NCBI GenBank assembly: GCA_041657425.1
Contig: JBBABY010000006.1
Location: forward strand, 1 to 32,000
Direction: 5' to 3'
Source of the DNA: an archaeon
GTDB lineage: Archaea; Iainarchaeota; Iainarchaeia; Iainarchaeales; CSSED10-239
DNA length: 32,000 nucleotides
Shown: piece after piece, positions 24,841-32,000 of the stretch
Layout of the letters: each line of letters begins with the position of its first letter
Position numbering within the stretch: the first letter of the stretch is position 1
Notes under the pieces: generated by a model
Told to the model about the DNA's origin: nothing
The model's input: the letters and a program-made list of their open reading frames with translations, nothing else
Database searches by the model: none
Program-made: the position numbers and the translations under genes

Positions 24841-24863
24841 ATTTATACTTATCGTTCAACAAT
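24841..24863 (+). promoter_or_regulatory. Putative promoter (TTTATA box) plus conserved downstream element, copy 2
   Basis: atttatacttatcgttcaacaat lies 69 nt upstream of the ATG at 24910. It matches 19631..19653 at 20 of 23 positions. Confidence 0.5.
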
Positions 24864-24909
24864 TTAATTATATTTTAATATTATATACTTAAATGGAAAA
24901 TGATATAAA

Positions 24910-26373
24910 ATGAAAAAATTATTAACAGAATTTTCTGGTAAAAAATTAACTAACCCAATATTCAAGGAAAAATCAAGTAGAGTAAATGAATTAAAGAGAC
25001 AAGTAAAATCTTATACGCCTGAACAAATAAAAGATTTATTTAAACAAGCAAGAGAACAAGAAGATCCGGAGAAATTTCTATTATCAAAAGGAATTGATGT
25101 GAGAAAATTTGCAAACAAAAACAATAGATTTTCAACACAGAATTATTCTCCAGAAGAATTAGTTAAAAGTAATGTTGATTTAAGTAAATTTGAAAATCAA
25201 AAAGCAATGGCGATTCTATTAGATGCAAAATCAAAAGGAGAGTCAATAAGAAATATTGTAAAAACAGCACATAATAGTAAAATTTCTATAGAAGAATTAT
25301 CAAGAATATTTAGTACCTCAGAGATTCCAGATGCACTTATTGAAATGAGTAAGGTTTATGAGAAAAAAGATTTAATTAGATTAAATACTTATCCTGTATT
25401 CTCCGGAGAATTGCGCCCACATATTGTTAAAGCATTACAAAATACAGGTGTTTCTAAATATACAATAACTAAAGAAATTATAAGTAGTATGCTGACTGCT
25501 GAAGAAGTAAAGCAATATGATAGAATATTAGCAGTAAGAAAAAAGATTTCTGATAAAAAGCTATACGGAGATAAAAAAAGTGAAGCAGAAAGAGTTGAAC
25601 TTTTAAAACAAGAAGCAAAAATAGTAAGTAAATTAAAAGCGAAATTAAACAAAGGAAATAAAGAAAACTTAAGTCATGAATATATGATAAGGCCAACAAT
25701 AGATCTTATGAAATTATTTGGAACAGATATAACTGAACAATTGAAAGTTTATGAAATTGCAAATGGTAATTTGGATCCAAAAAATAATTATTTTGAAATA
25801 CAAAAACTAATAGAAATAATTAGACCTAATTCTTCGAACATTTCTGAAGTTTTTGACTATATAGATAAAAAGTATTCTACTGCGACAGCAATAAAAACAA
25901 TTTTTATAGATATTAGTGAAAATCAAAAAAATAAAAATGAATCTTATGCTTTAAGTGGCACATTTTGGCAATTAGCAGATAAAGTAGAAGTAGGAGAATT
26001 AGTAAAAATATTATATCGTGATTGTGGAGGTCATCAACATACTGGTGATTTAGCAAAATTAGTATATGAGAAAACTCACGATTATTCAAAGACTGCAGAG
26101 ATATTAGACAATAGTTTTGTTAATTCAAATCCAGAATCTATTGTAAGAATACTAAATTCATTAACTAATGGTAGTGGACCAATTATTGCAAAATACCTTT
26201 TAGAAAAAACAGATGATGAAAAACAAATTATACAAATGATGGAGAAACTGAATATAGATTATGGTTCTAAAAAAGGGTATATTAAAGAATCCATTGCAGA
26301 AGCAAGAAAAGAATTAGTAGTAGAAGGGAAATTTAGAAAACCGCTATTTGGGAAAGCTAGAAGAAAAGAATAG
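24910..26373 (+). CDS. Hypothetical protein, 487 aa, mostly helical and Lys/Glu-rich, no recognised domain
   Basis: Long uninterrupted ORF, convergent with the HerA-like ATPase gene. Confidence 0.65.
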   Translation: MKKLLTEFSGKKLTNPIFKEKSSRVNELKRQVKSYTPEQIKDLFKQAREQEDPEKFLLSKGIDVRKFANKNNRFSTQNYSPEELVKSNVDLSKFENQKAMAILLDAKSKGESIRNIVKTAHNSKISIEELSRIFSTSEIPDALIEMSKVYEKKDLIRLNTYPVFSGELRPHIVKALQNTGVSKYTITKEIISSMLTAEEVKQYDRILAVRKKISDKKLYGDKKSEAERVELLKQEAKIVSKLKAKLNKGNKENLSHEYMIRPTIDLMKLFGTDITEQLKVYEIANGNLDPKNNYFEIQKLIEIIRPNSSNISEVFDYIDKKYSTATAIKTIFIDISENQKNKNESYALSGTFWQLADKVEVGELVKILYRDCGGHQHTGDLAKLVYEKTHDYSKTAEILDNSFVNSNPESIVRILNSLTNGSGPIIAKYLLEKTDDEKQIIQMMEKLNIDYGSKKGYIKESIAEARKELVVEGKFRKPLFGKARRKE

Positions 26374-26390
26374 GTCTTTTCTTTTTCTCT

Positions 26391-28964
26391 TTAGTCAATA
26401 AAAACATTTGCAGTCTTTCCACCATCCCAAGTTAGTCTTGGTCTAATCTTTATTAGCATTACTTTTTCTGAGTTGTCATCTAAAAGAATAGCATAACCTT
26501 GATCCTTTGGCATCTGTCCATAGAATTTGTCCATAGGGATGTTAAGGTAGCTTGGTCTAATGGATGATACTGCTTGAATGTCTTCCTGAGCAGTCATTCT
26601 CATACTTAAGAAAAAATCACATTGTGAAATTGCTTCAGAGTGAAGCTTGTTTGGTCTCTGGGTTGCAAGTAAAAGAGACAATCCTGGTTGTCTACCAACT
26701 CTAATCCACTGTAAAAGAACATCAAGTGCAATTGATGGCCTGTCGCTAGGCATAAACATGTGTGCTTCATCAATCATCATCCAGATAATAGGCATCTCGC
26801 TTTCTTTTCTGCCTCCGGACAACAGAGACATTTCTTCTTCTTTTCTGTAAAGCATTCTTTCTTCGTATAGTCTTTTTCCTAATATTCCAACAATTAGTTC
26901 TTTAATGGATTCCATTCCAATTGATTCCTTGTAAGTACTTGTGTCAACTATTGTTATTGTTGCTGGTTTAGCAAACTCTTTCATAGTTGTTCCTGATCTT
27001 GAGAATAGTCCCCAAGACTTAGCAACCATTAATCTGTTATTAAGAGAATTAATTATTTCTTTTGTTGTGTCTTCGTCTTTTTTACATTCATTAACAATAT
27101 CTTCAATATCATAACTGCTTCCAACTTTATTTTTAATTTTTTCAATTGTTCTTGAAAGAAGAGCAGATTCTGGATCTCTCCAAGTTAATTTAAAAACAGC
27201 AAGCCAGTCTTCAAGATCCATTTGTGAAGTTTTAATTGAGAAATAACCATCATGTGGAAGATTCTTCTGTTCATAAAAATCTCTCTTTCCAAAAGGCACA
27301 AGATTTCTAATTTCAATTCCTTCTGGTTTTAAGTCCCATTTTTCAAGCATTTCTTTTTGCTCTTCGTTAGGATACTTCATTGTCCAGAAGATTCCAACAG
27401 TATCAATAACAATGACTGATAATCTTTCTTTAATTTCAAAAGGCTGTTTTGCAAATTCTTCAATTAGAACGGACATAGCGTAACTATTGTGAACAATAAC
27501 GTTGTTTGCTATAAAGTTATGGTTGTCAGGAACTGTAATATCGTAAACTGTTTGCTTTTTAGTAATCTCTTTAATCTCTTTAATTTTGTCCCAAAAGATA
27601 TCGCTTGTTGCGATTTTTTTAAGTCCTTCATTTTTTTCTGTAATTGCAATTTTTAGAAGTTTTTCTCTAGATGGAGAATAATTGATTGATGATCTTAAAG
27701 ATTTAGGATTTTTATATCCAAATTCTTTACCAATAATTGCCCAGTTTTTTGGTCTATAGATATCCCAGATTTCTTTAGGTATTGTATCTACATTTGGATT
27801 ACTTGATTTTATAGTTACTTTCTTTTGAAGTTCTTCTTTTTTTCCAAAAAATCCAATTTCTTTAATAAATTTTATATTCTGAGAAGAAAGAATCTTTAAT
27901 TCATAGTTAGGTAATTTTTTAGTTTTCTTTGTTCTAATAATTGAAAGTAATCCAAATCTTAAAAGTAAACTTTGTACTTGTTGTATTAGTTTAGGAGATG
28001 AAGAAGAATATGAAATATTATATTCTTTTTTGTTTGTATCATAATAGATTGTCCCATCACAAGAAAATAATCTGTTTAAGAATATAGAAAGTTGTTCTTT
28101 AGGTAATTGAAAGATGCTTTCTGGGACAAACTTAGTTTCTGATTTAACATTATATAGATTAATATTTTCCAAATATTTCCTTATAGATGATTTTTTATCA
28201 AAAATTATGCCTTTACTAAATTGTTGTCTTTCGTTTCTTTTATTTGTAATTATTTTTCTAGTGTTATTATTATCAACAATTCTTAATCCAAAATCTCCAT
28301 GTTTATTTATTGTAAGTTTATGATCAAATTTATGTATGGCGGTAGTAAACTCAGAAATTATTTTTCTATCTGTATTACAGAATAAAACAAATCGGTTTCC
28401 TAAATGCCCTTCAGCGATAAAATAAGCAAGTAATTTAATTTCACAATCAGGAATTTTTTTATTTCCAAATTTAGGAATAATTCTTGGTGTTGCAATTCTA
28501 CTTCCTTTCTTTAATTCTTTTGCTTCTTTCCAACCGCCAATTGTCAATAATGGGTGTTCTGGAGTTAATTCTATTTTTTTTCCACTTCTTAATGTTATTT
28601 CTAGTGTTTTATTAACTTGTCTTTTATAGAATTGTTCTTTTTTTGTAATTTCTATTTTTTGATTAGTATTTAATGAAAGCACTTGTTTATTTTCTTTCTC
28701 TAAATCTTTAATTGGTATTTCTCTACCGTCTTCTAATGTAATTAATGTATCCCCTGTTAGGCATTTTCCTCCGCCTCTTTTTCCGCAAACAATTGCAACG
28801 TGTGATCTAGAGACGTCCATTAACACGCGTTTTCCAAGAACGGGGTCATCTCCACTTGAAACAACGACTTTACCAATGTAACCTGTACCTTTCTTTCCAT
28901 ATTTCTTAATCTGACTCTGGATTCTTCCAACAATTATTTCTTCAGATTCAAAGTCAATTCCCAT
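26391..28964 (-). CDS. HerA/FtsK-superfamily (DUF87-like) ATPase precursor containing a 426-aa intein in the Walker A loop (431-aa mature extein)
   Basis: After intein removal the Walker A reads GKRGGGKS. Also present are VIVIDTVGIF, the Walker B IWMMIDEAHMF, LLLATQRP and the C-terminal IRPRLTWDGG. Confidence 0.85.
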   Translation of the reverse strand: MGIDFESEEIIVGRIQSQIKKYGKKGTGYIGKVVVSSGDDPVLGKRVLMDVSRSHVAIVCGKRGGGKCLTGDTLITLEDGREIPIKDLEKENKQVLSLNTNQKIEITKKEQFYKRQVNKTLEITLRSGKKIELTPEHPLLTIGGWKEAKELKKGSRIATPRIIPKFGNKKIPDCEIKLLAYFIAEGHLGNRFVLFCNTDRKIISEFTTAIHKFDHKLTINKHGDFGLRIVDNNNTRKIITNKRNERQQFSKGIIFDKKSSIRKYLENINLYNVKSETKFVPESIFQLPKEQLSIFLNRLFSCDGTIYYDTNKKEYNISYSSSSPKLIQQVQSLLLRFGLLSIIRTKKTKKLPNYELKILSSQNIKFIKEIGFFGKKEELQKKVTIKSSNPNVDTIPKEIWDIYRPKNWAIIGKEFGYKNPKSLRSSINYSPSREKLLKIAITEKNEGLKKIATSDIFWDKIKEIKEITKKQTVYDITVPDNHNFIANNVIVHNSYAMSVLIEEFAKQPFEIKERLSVIVIDTVGIFWTMKYPNEEQKEMLEKWDLKPEGIEIRNLVPFGKRDFYEQKNLPHDGYFSIKTSQMDLEDWLAVFKLTWRDPESALLSRTIEKIKNKVGSSYDIEDIVNECKKDEDTTKEIINSLNNRLMVAKSWGLFSRSGTTMKEFAKPATITIVDTSTYKESIGMESIKELIVGILGKRLYEERMLYRKEEEMSLLSGGRKESEMPIIWMMIDEAHMFMPSDRPSIALDVLLQWIRVGRQPGLSLLLATQRPNKLHSEAISQCDFFLSMRMTAQEDIQAVSSIRPSYLNIPMDKFYGQMPKDQGYAILLDDNSEKVMLIKIRPRLTWDGGKTANVFID
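27486..28763 (-). mobile_element. Intein with LAGLIDADG homing-endonuclease domain (protein residues 68-493)
   Basis: It starts with CLTGDTLITL (Cys1, codon 28761-28763) and has the block B-like LTPEHP. The LAGLIDADG motifs are LLAYFIAEGH (28404..28433) and FLNRLFSCDGT (28050..28082). It ends in VIVHN (Asn codon 27486-27488), followed by the +1 Ser. Confidence 0.85.
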
Positions 28965-28973
28965 AGTTTATCA

Positions 28974-29654
28974 TCATTTATTTTTATTAAATTCATTTAT
29001 TAGTGTAACAAAAGATATAATTGTTTGATATAGTAAATATAATGAGAATGAAATGATGGTTACATATATTAAAACAATTAAAATATAAGTAATTAATTGA
29101 AAGTTAATTAAAAATATAAAGAATATTTTAGAAAGATAAATTTGTATTGCTGTTCCAATGGTTATTGAAATTAAAGCAAGGTATAAAAATAAGACATCTT
29201 GTTTGTTTAATAATTTGATTTTAAGTAATTGTTTATTTTCTTTAATTAAAAACTTATTTACAATAAATAAAATAATCTCCATAATTAGTTTTAATCCAAC
29301 TGCCGAAAATAAGATATATGCCAAGAAGTAAAAGATTTCAGGAATCAATAAAACTGCAAGTTTGATTTGCCCTAAAAGCGGAGACAGGATATATATTGCG
29401 TGAGTAAAACCATTTTGAATTCCAATGATTAAAAATGAAAATGGCAAAATTGCTAGTTTAAAAGAAGTATCTAAAGTCTCAGTAAATAAATTTCTAAAAT
29501 TAATAGAGTTCGTTAAATAAAAAGAGTTAGTAATATTTGCTTCTTGATAATTATTTAAATTAAATCCTATAATTACAATTCCTATAATTAATCCTATAAA
29601 ATAAGCTATTGCAAAACTTGCAGCAATGAATTTATAGATTGTATCAAATTCCAT
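28974..29654 (-). CDS. Polytopic membrane protein (5-6 TM helices), possibly SpoIIM/DUF95-like
   Basis: 226-aa hydrophobic ORF ending 9 nt before the ATPase start. LLIPEIFYFLAYILFSAVGLKL loosely resembles the DUF95 motif L-P-H-G-x-x-E-x-x-A...G. Confidence 0.55.
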   Translation of the reverse strand: MEFDTIYKFIAASFAIAYFIGLIIGIVIIGFNLNNYQEANITNSFYLTNSINFRNLFTETLDTSFKLAILPFSFLIIGIQNGFTHAIYILSPLLGQIKLAVLLIPEIFYFLAYILFSAVGLKLIMEIILFIVNKFLIKENKQLLKIKLLNKQDVLFLYLALISITIGTAIQIYLSKIFFIFLINFQLITYILIVLIYVTIISFSLYLLYQTIISFVTLINEFNKNK

Positions 29655-29710
29655 ACTATAAATATATTATAGATGAATTTAAAAAGATTAAAGAAACCCA
29701 AAAACACAAT

Positions 29711-29800
29711 AAAAATCAAAAATTTTTATGTGCCCAAGAAAATTAGCAATTTTATTTGGGAACCTAAAGTTTTCTGGGCCCAGAAAAATTTTTGATTTTT
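29711..29800. repeat. 90-nt imperfect inverted repeat with perfect 17-nt outer arms
   Basis: aaaaatcaaaaattttt (29711..29727) is the exact reverse complement of aaaaatttttgattttt (29784..29800). The inner arms atgtgcccaagaaaa / ttttctgggcccag extend the pairing with 2 mismatches and 1 bulge. Confidence 0.6.
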
Positions 29801-29830
29801 CTTGGGGAAGAAAAGAACTCAAAACTCAAC

Positions 29831-30115
29831 TTAGTCTGTTGTGAATTCTGTTTTCTTCATTTTCTTTGGTATAACAAAATAGTGCTTTGACTTACATACT
29901 AAACATTCAGCAGTAAATACTGGCTTTTTATTCTGTTTTTTAACAGTTGCAATGTGCTTTGCCATTCCACCATAACCAGTCTTATGCTTTCTAACATTTT
30001 TTCTGGATCCTACAGCTAATGTTCTTGCACCTCTTGATTTGTATGGTGAAAGCTTGTGGCTCTCGTGTTTTTTACATTTTTTACAGTATGTTTTTATTTG
30101 CTTTGGTATCTTCAT
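29831..30115 (-). CDS. rpl44e: Ribosomal protein L44e (eL42)
   Basis: KTYCKKCKKHESHK...GYGG...CLVCKSKH. This is the Zn-ribbon pattern and size (94 aa) of L44e. Confidence 0.9.
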   Translation of the reverse strand: MKIPKQIKTYCKKCKKHESHKLSPYKSRGARTLAVGSRKNVRKHKTGYGGMAKHIATVKKQNKKPVFTAECLVCKSKHYFVIPKKMKKTEFTTD

Positions 30116-30245
30116 ATATAATCATTCTTTTCATTAAATATTAAAAAAAGAGCCTTTTTTAGGTCACTCTATATAATATATATTGTCCCATATTTATTTA
30201 AAAAGATTGCCTATATATTAATTTAGGGAAAAATGTGAATTTACA

Positions 30246-31451
30246 ATGAATTTTGAAAAATATAGACTTGATTTTCCTGTTTTAAAAACTGAAATAACTT
30301 ATTTAGATAGCGCAGCAACTTCTCTTAAGCCAGTTTCTGTGGTTAAAGCAATGGATTATTATTATCTTAATTGTCCTGCAAACATTCATAGGGGAGTTTA
30401 CAAGATATCTCAAGAAGCAAGTGTTGTTTATGAAGAGGCACATCAAGAACTTGCAAAGTTTTTTAATTGTAAGAAACAAGAAGTAATTTTAACTCATAAC
30501 AGTACTGATTCTTTAAATATGATAATGTACATGTTGTATAATAGCAATTACTTCAAGAAAGGAGATGAAATCTTAACAACAGTTTATGAGCATCACGCAA
30601 ATCTTGTCCCTTGGCAATTTATATCTCAGAAATTAGGACTTAAATTAAAATTTGTAGAAATAAATAAAGATTATACTTTTAATCTTGATGATTTAGAAAA
30701 GAAAATTACAAATAAAACTAAACTAATAACAGTCGCTCATATTTCAAATACCATAGCAACAATTGCACCAATTAAAGAAATTGTAGAAATTGCAAAAAAG
30801 AAAAATATTTTAGTGTGTGTTGACGGATCACAGTCCGCGCCACACAGAAAGATTGATTTTAAGAAATTAAATGTAGATTTTTTTGTTTGTACCATGCATA
30901 AGATGCTTGGGCCAACAGGTGTTGGAGTATTGATTGGAAAAGAAAGATTACTTGAAAAGTTTTCTCCTGTTAGATTTGGAGGAGACATGATAGAGCATGT
31001 AACTTTCCAGAAATCAACATGGAACCAATTACCAAACAAATTTGAAGCAGGAACTCCAAATATTTCCGGTGCTTTTGGCACTCTTGAGGCAATTAATTAT
31101 CTTAAAAGAATTGGAATAGAAAATATTGAAAAGCAAGATAAACAATTAACAGATTACGCTTTAACAAAATTAAATAATATTCCTGGATTAACAATCTACA
31201 ATCCAATGAACACAAACAAGCAAGGCTCAATTATTCTTTTTGATCTTAAAGGAATAAATTCAAGAGAGCTTTCTTCTTTCTTAGATGAGTTTGGAAACAT
31301 TGCAACAAGAGCAGGAGTGCATTGTGCTGAACCAATAGTTTCTAGATTAAATAAAAATGGACTTGTTAGAGCCTCTTTTTATTTCTATAATACAAAATCA
31401 GAAATAGATCATTTTGAAGAAACTCTTAAAAAAATAAAAAAGCTGATTTAA
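30246..31451 (+). CDS. sufS: Cysteine desulfurase, SufS/class-V aminotransferase type
   Basis: YLDSAATS, the PLP-lysine context CTMHKMLGPTGVGVL, and the catalytic loop RAGVHCAEP. Confidence 0.85.
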   Translation: MNFEKYRLDFPVLKTEITYLDSAATSLKPVSVVKAMDYYYLNCPANIHRGVYKISQEASVVYEEAHQELAKFFNCKKQEVILTHNSTDSLNMIMYMLYNSNYFKKGDEILTTVYEHHANLVPWQFISQKLGLKLKFVEINKDYTFNLDDLEKKITNKTKLITVAHISNTIATIAPIKEIVEIAKKKNILVCVDGSQSAPHRKIDFKKLNVDFFVCTMHKMLGPTGVGVLIGKERLLEKFSPVRFGGDMIEHVTFQKSTWNQLPNKFEAGTPNISGAFGTLEAINYLKRIGIENIEKQDKQLTDYALTKLNNIPGLTIYNPMNTNKQGSIILFDLKGINSRELSSFLDEFGNIATRAGVHCAEPIVSRLNKNGLVRASFYFYNTKSEIDHFEETLKKIKKLI

Positions 31452-31535
31452 TTACAAAAAAAGCTATTTTTTAAATATTTTGTTTAAATATAATAATAAT
31501 CTAATACAATTATATATCAAAGGGGGTAAATAACT

Positions 31536-31814
31536 ATGAGTGAAATGGAAGGAAACATAATTTACATAGGAAAGAAAGGAACAATGGCATACGTATTAGC
31601 AGTAATAACTCAGTTTAATCAAGGAACAGACGCAGTAGTTATAAAAGCAAGAGGAAAGACAATCTCTAAAGCAGTAGATGTTGCAGAGATAGTTAAGAAC
31701 AAGTTTGTTAATTCAGTTAAGATAACAGATATTGCAATTTCAACAGAAGAAATAATTACTGAAAACAATACCCCAATGAAAGTTTCGGCAATTGAAATTA
31801 AATTAAATAAGTAA
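31536..31814 (+). CDS. albA: DNA/RNA-binding protein Alba
   Basis: NIIYIGKKGTMAYVLAVITQF...VVIKARGKTISKAVDVAEIVKNKF...VSAIEIKL. SD motif AAAGGGGG. Confidence 0.9.
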   Translation: MSEMEGNIIYIGKKGTMAYVLAVITQFNQGTDAVVIKARGKTISKAVDVAEIVKNKFVNSVKITDIAISTEEIITENNTPMKVSAIEIKLNK

Positions 31815-31895
31815 GTTTTAGTAACTTATTTTTCTTTTAATTAATTAAAAATAAGAAAAGTATAAAATTTTACAGTAATTCTACTAGTGGCATCT

Positions 31896-32000
31896 ATGAA
31901 AAATAAAAAAAAAGCAATAAGTCCAATCATTGCAACAGTTCTCTTAGTTGTAGTTATAGTAATACTTACGGTACTTATTCTATCTTTTGGGAAAGGATTT
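31896..32000 (+). CDS. Archaeal type IV pilin-like protein, N-terminal fragment (class III signal peptide); continues beyond the window
   Basis: MKNKKKAISPIIATVLLVVVIVILTVLILSFGKGF. A basic head is followed by A-I-S-P-I-I-A-T-V-L-L, the hallmark of the archaeal pilin N-terminal domain. Confidence 0.6.
   Translation, partial: MKNKKKAISPIIATVLLVVVIVILTVLILSFGKGF

Noticed and set aside
1-32000. Track ORFs embedded antisense or out of frame within better-supported genes: 1384..1578, 4264..4530, 5048..5257, 5369..5560, 7828..8070, 8596..8934, 9192..9533, 10225..10443, 11473..11769, 11760..12029, 11770..11952, 11998..12216, 13788..14006, 15377..15595, 16509..16829, 17352..17537, 17823..18035, 19040..19261, 19706..19963, 19976..20293, 20017..20235, 20758..21003, 22394..22696, 23586..23789, 24109..24309, 25389..25652, 25478..25699, 26647..26850, 28114..28323, 30737..31081
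   Set aside because: Each lies inside a longer ORF that has recognisable homology or a better coding character. Their Phe/Leu/Ile/Ser-rich low-complexity products are what antisense frames of Lys/Asn/Glu-rich AT-rich genes look like. I found no independent support for any of them.
1-32000. Search for CRISPR arrays, rRNA genes, and C/D box sRNAs (expected partners of the fibrillarin/Nop5 genes) in intergenic spacers
   Set aside because: I saw no regularly spaced direct repeats and no long GC-rich structured segments other than the three tRNAs. No convincing C-box (RUGAUGA) plus D-box (CUGA) pair was evident in the spacers. The by-eye search for sRNAs is weak, and a covariance-model scan would be needed.

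Overview
This is a strongly AT-rich, gene-dense archaeal chromosome segment.

**Recognisable core genes:**
- Oxidative stress and repair: rubrerythrin, desulfoferrodoxin, an Ogg-type 8-oxoG glycosylase, thioredoxin reductase.
- Translation and RNA processing: GlyRS, fibrillarin plus Nop5, ribosomal proteins L35Ae, L15e and L44e, RNase HII.
- Chromatin and transcription: TFB and Alba.
- Others: a HAD phosphatase, a cyclophilin PPIase, a Ca2+/cation antiporter, MarC-type and TVP38/DedA-type membrane proteins, and a SufS-type cysteine desulfurase.
- Three tRNAs (Leu-UAG, Thr-CGU, Val-GAC), none with an encoded CCA.

GGAGG-like Shine-Dalgarno motifs precede many genes. Short housekeeping proteins plus many orphan ORFs fit a small-genome (DPANN-like) archaeon, but that is inference only.

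**Most notable observations:**
1. A HerA/FtsK-type ATPase has its Walker A loop split by a 426-aa LAGLIDADG intein. It is tightly coupled to a polytopic membrane protein.
2. A second, diverged HerA-like paralogue has both Walker motifs destroyed. It is divergently paired with an acidic coiled-coil protein.
3. A Lys/Pro-rich N-terminal module, MP(R/K)PKP, recurs on two tandem micro-ORFs and on a 181-aa orphan protein, with near-identical start-region DNA. A 57-aa ORF may be a fourth copy.
4. A 23-nt promoter-proximal motif is shared by two otherwise unrelated orphan genes.
5. Nop5 lacks the N-terminal fibrillarin-binding domain.
6. A PIN/UPF0175-type toxin-antitoxin pair overlaps trxB.
7. A tightly coupled surface-protein operon runs off the left edge of the window.
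8. A 90-nt inverted repeat lies between L44e and the membrane-protein gene.

I saw no CRISPR array, rRNA, transposase or integrase. I cannot say which of these, if any, is a genuinely undescribed system. The two HerA-like loci and the MPxPKP family are my best candidates.
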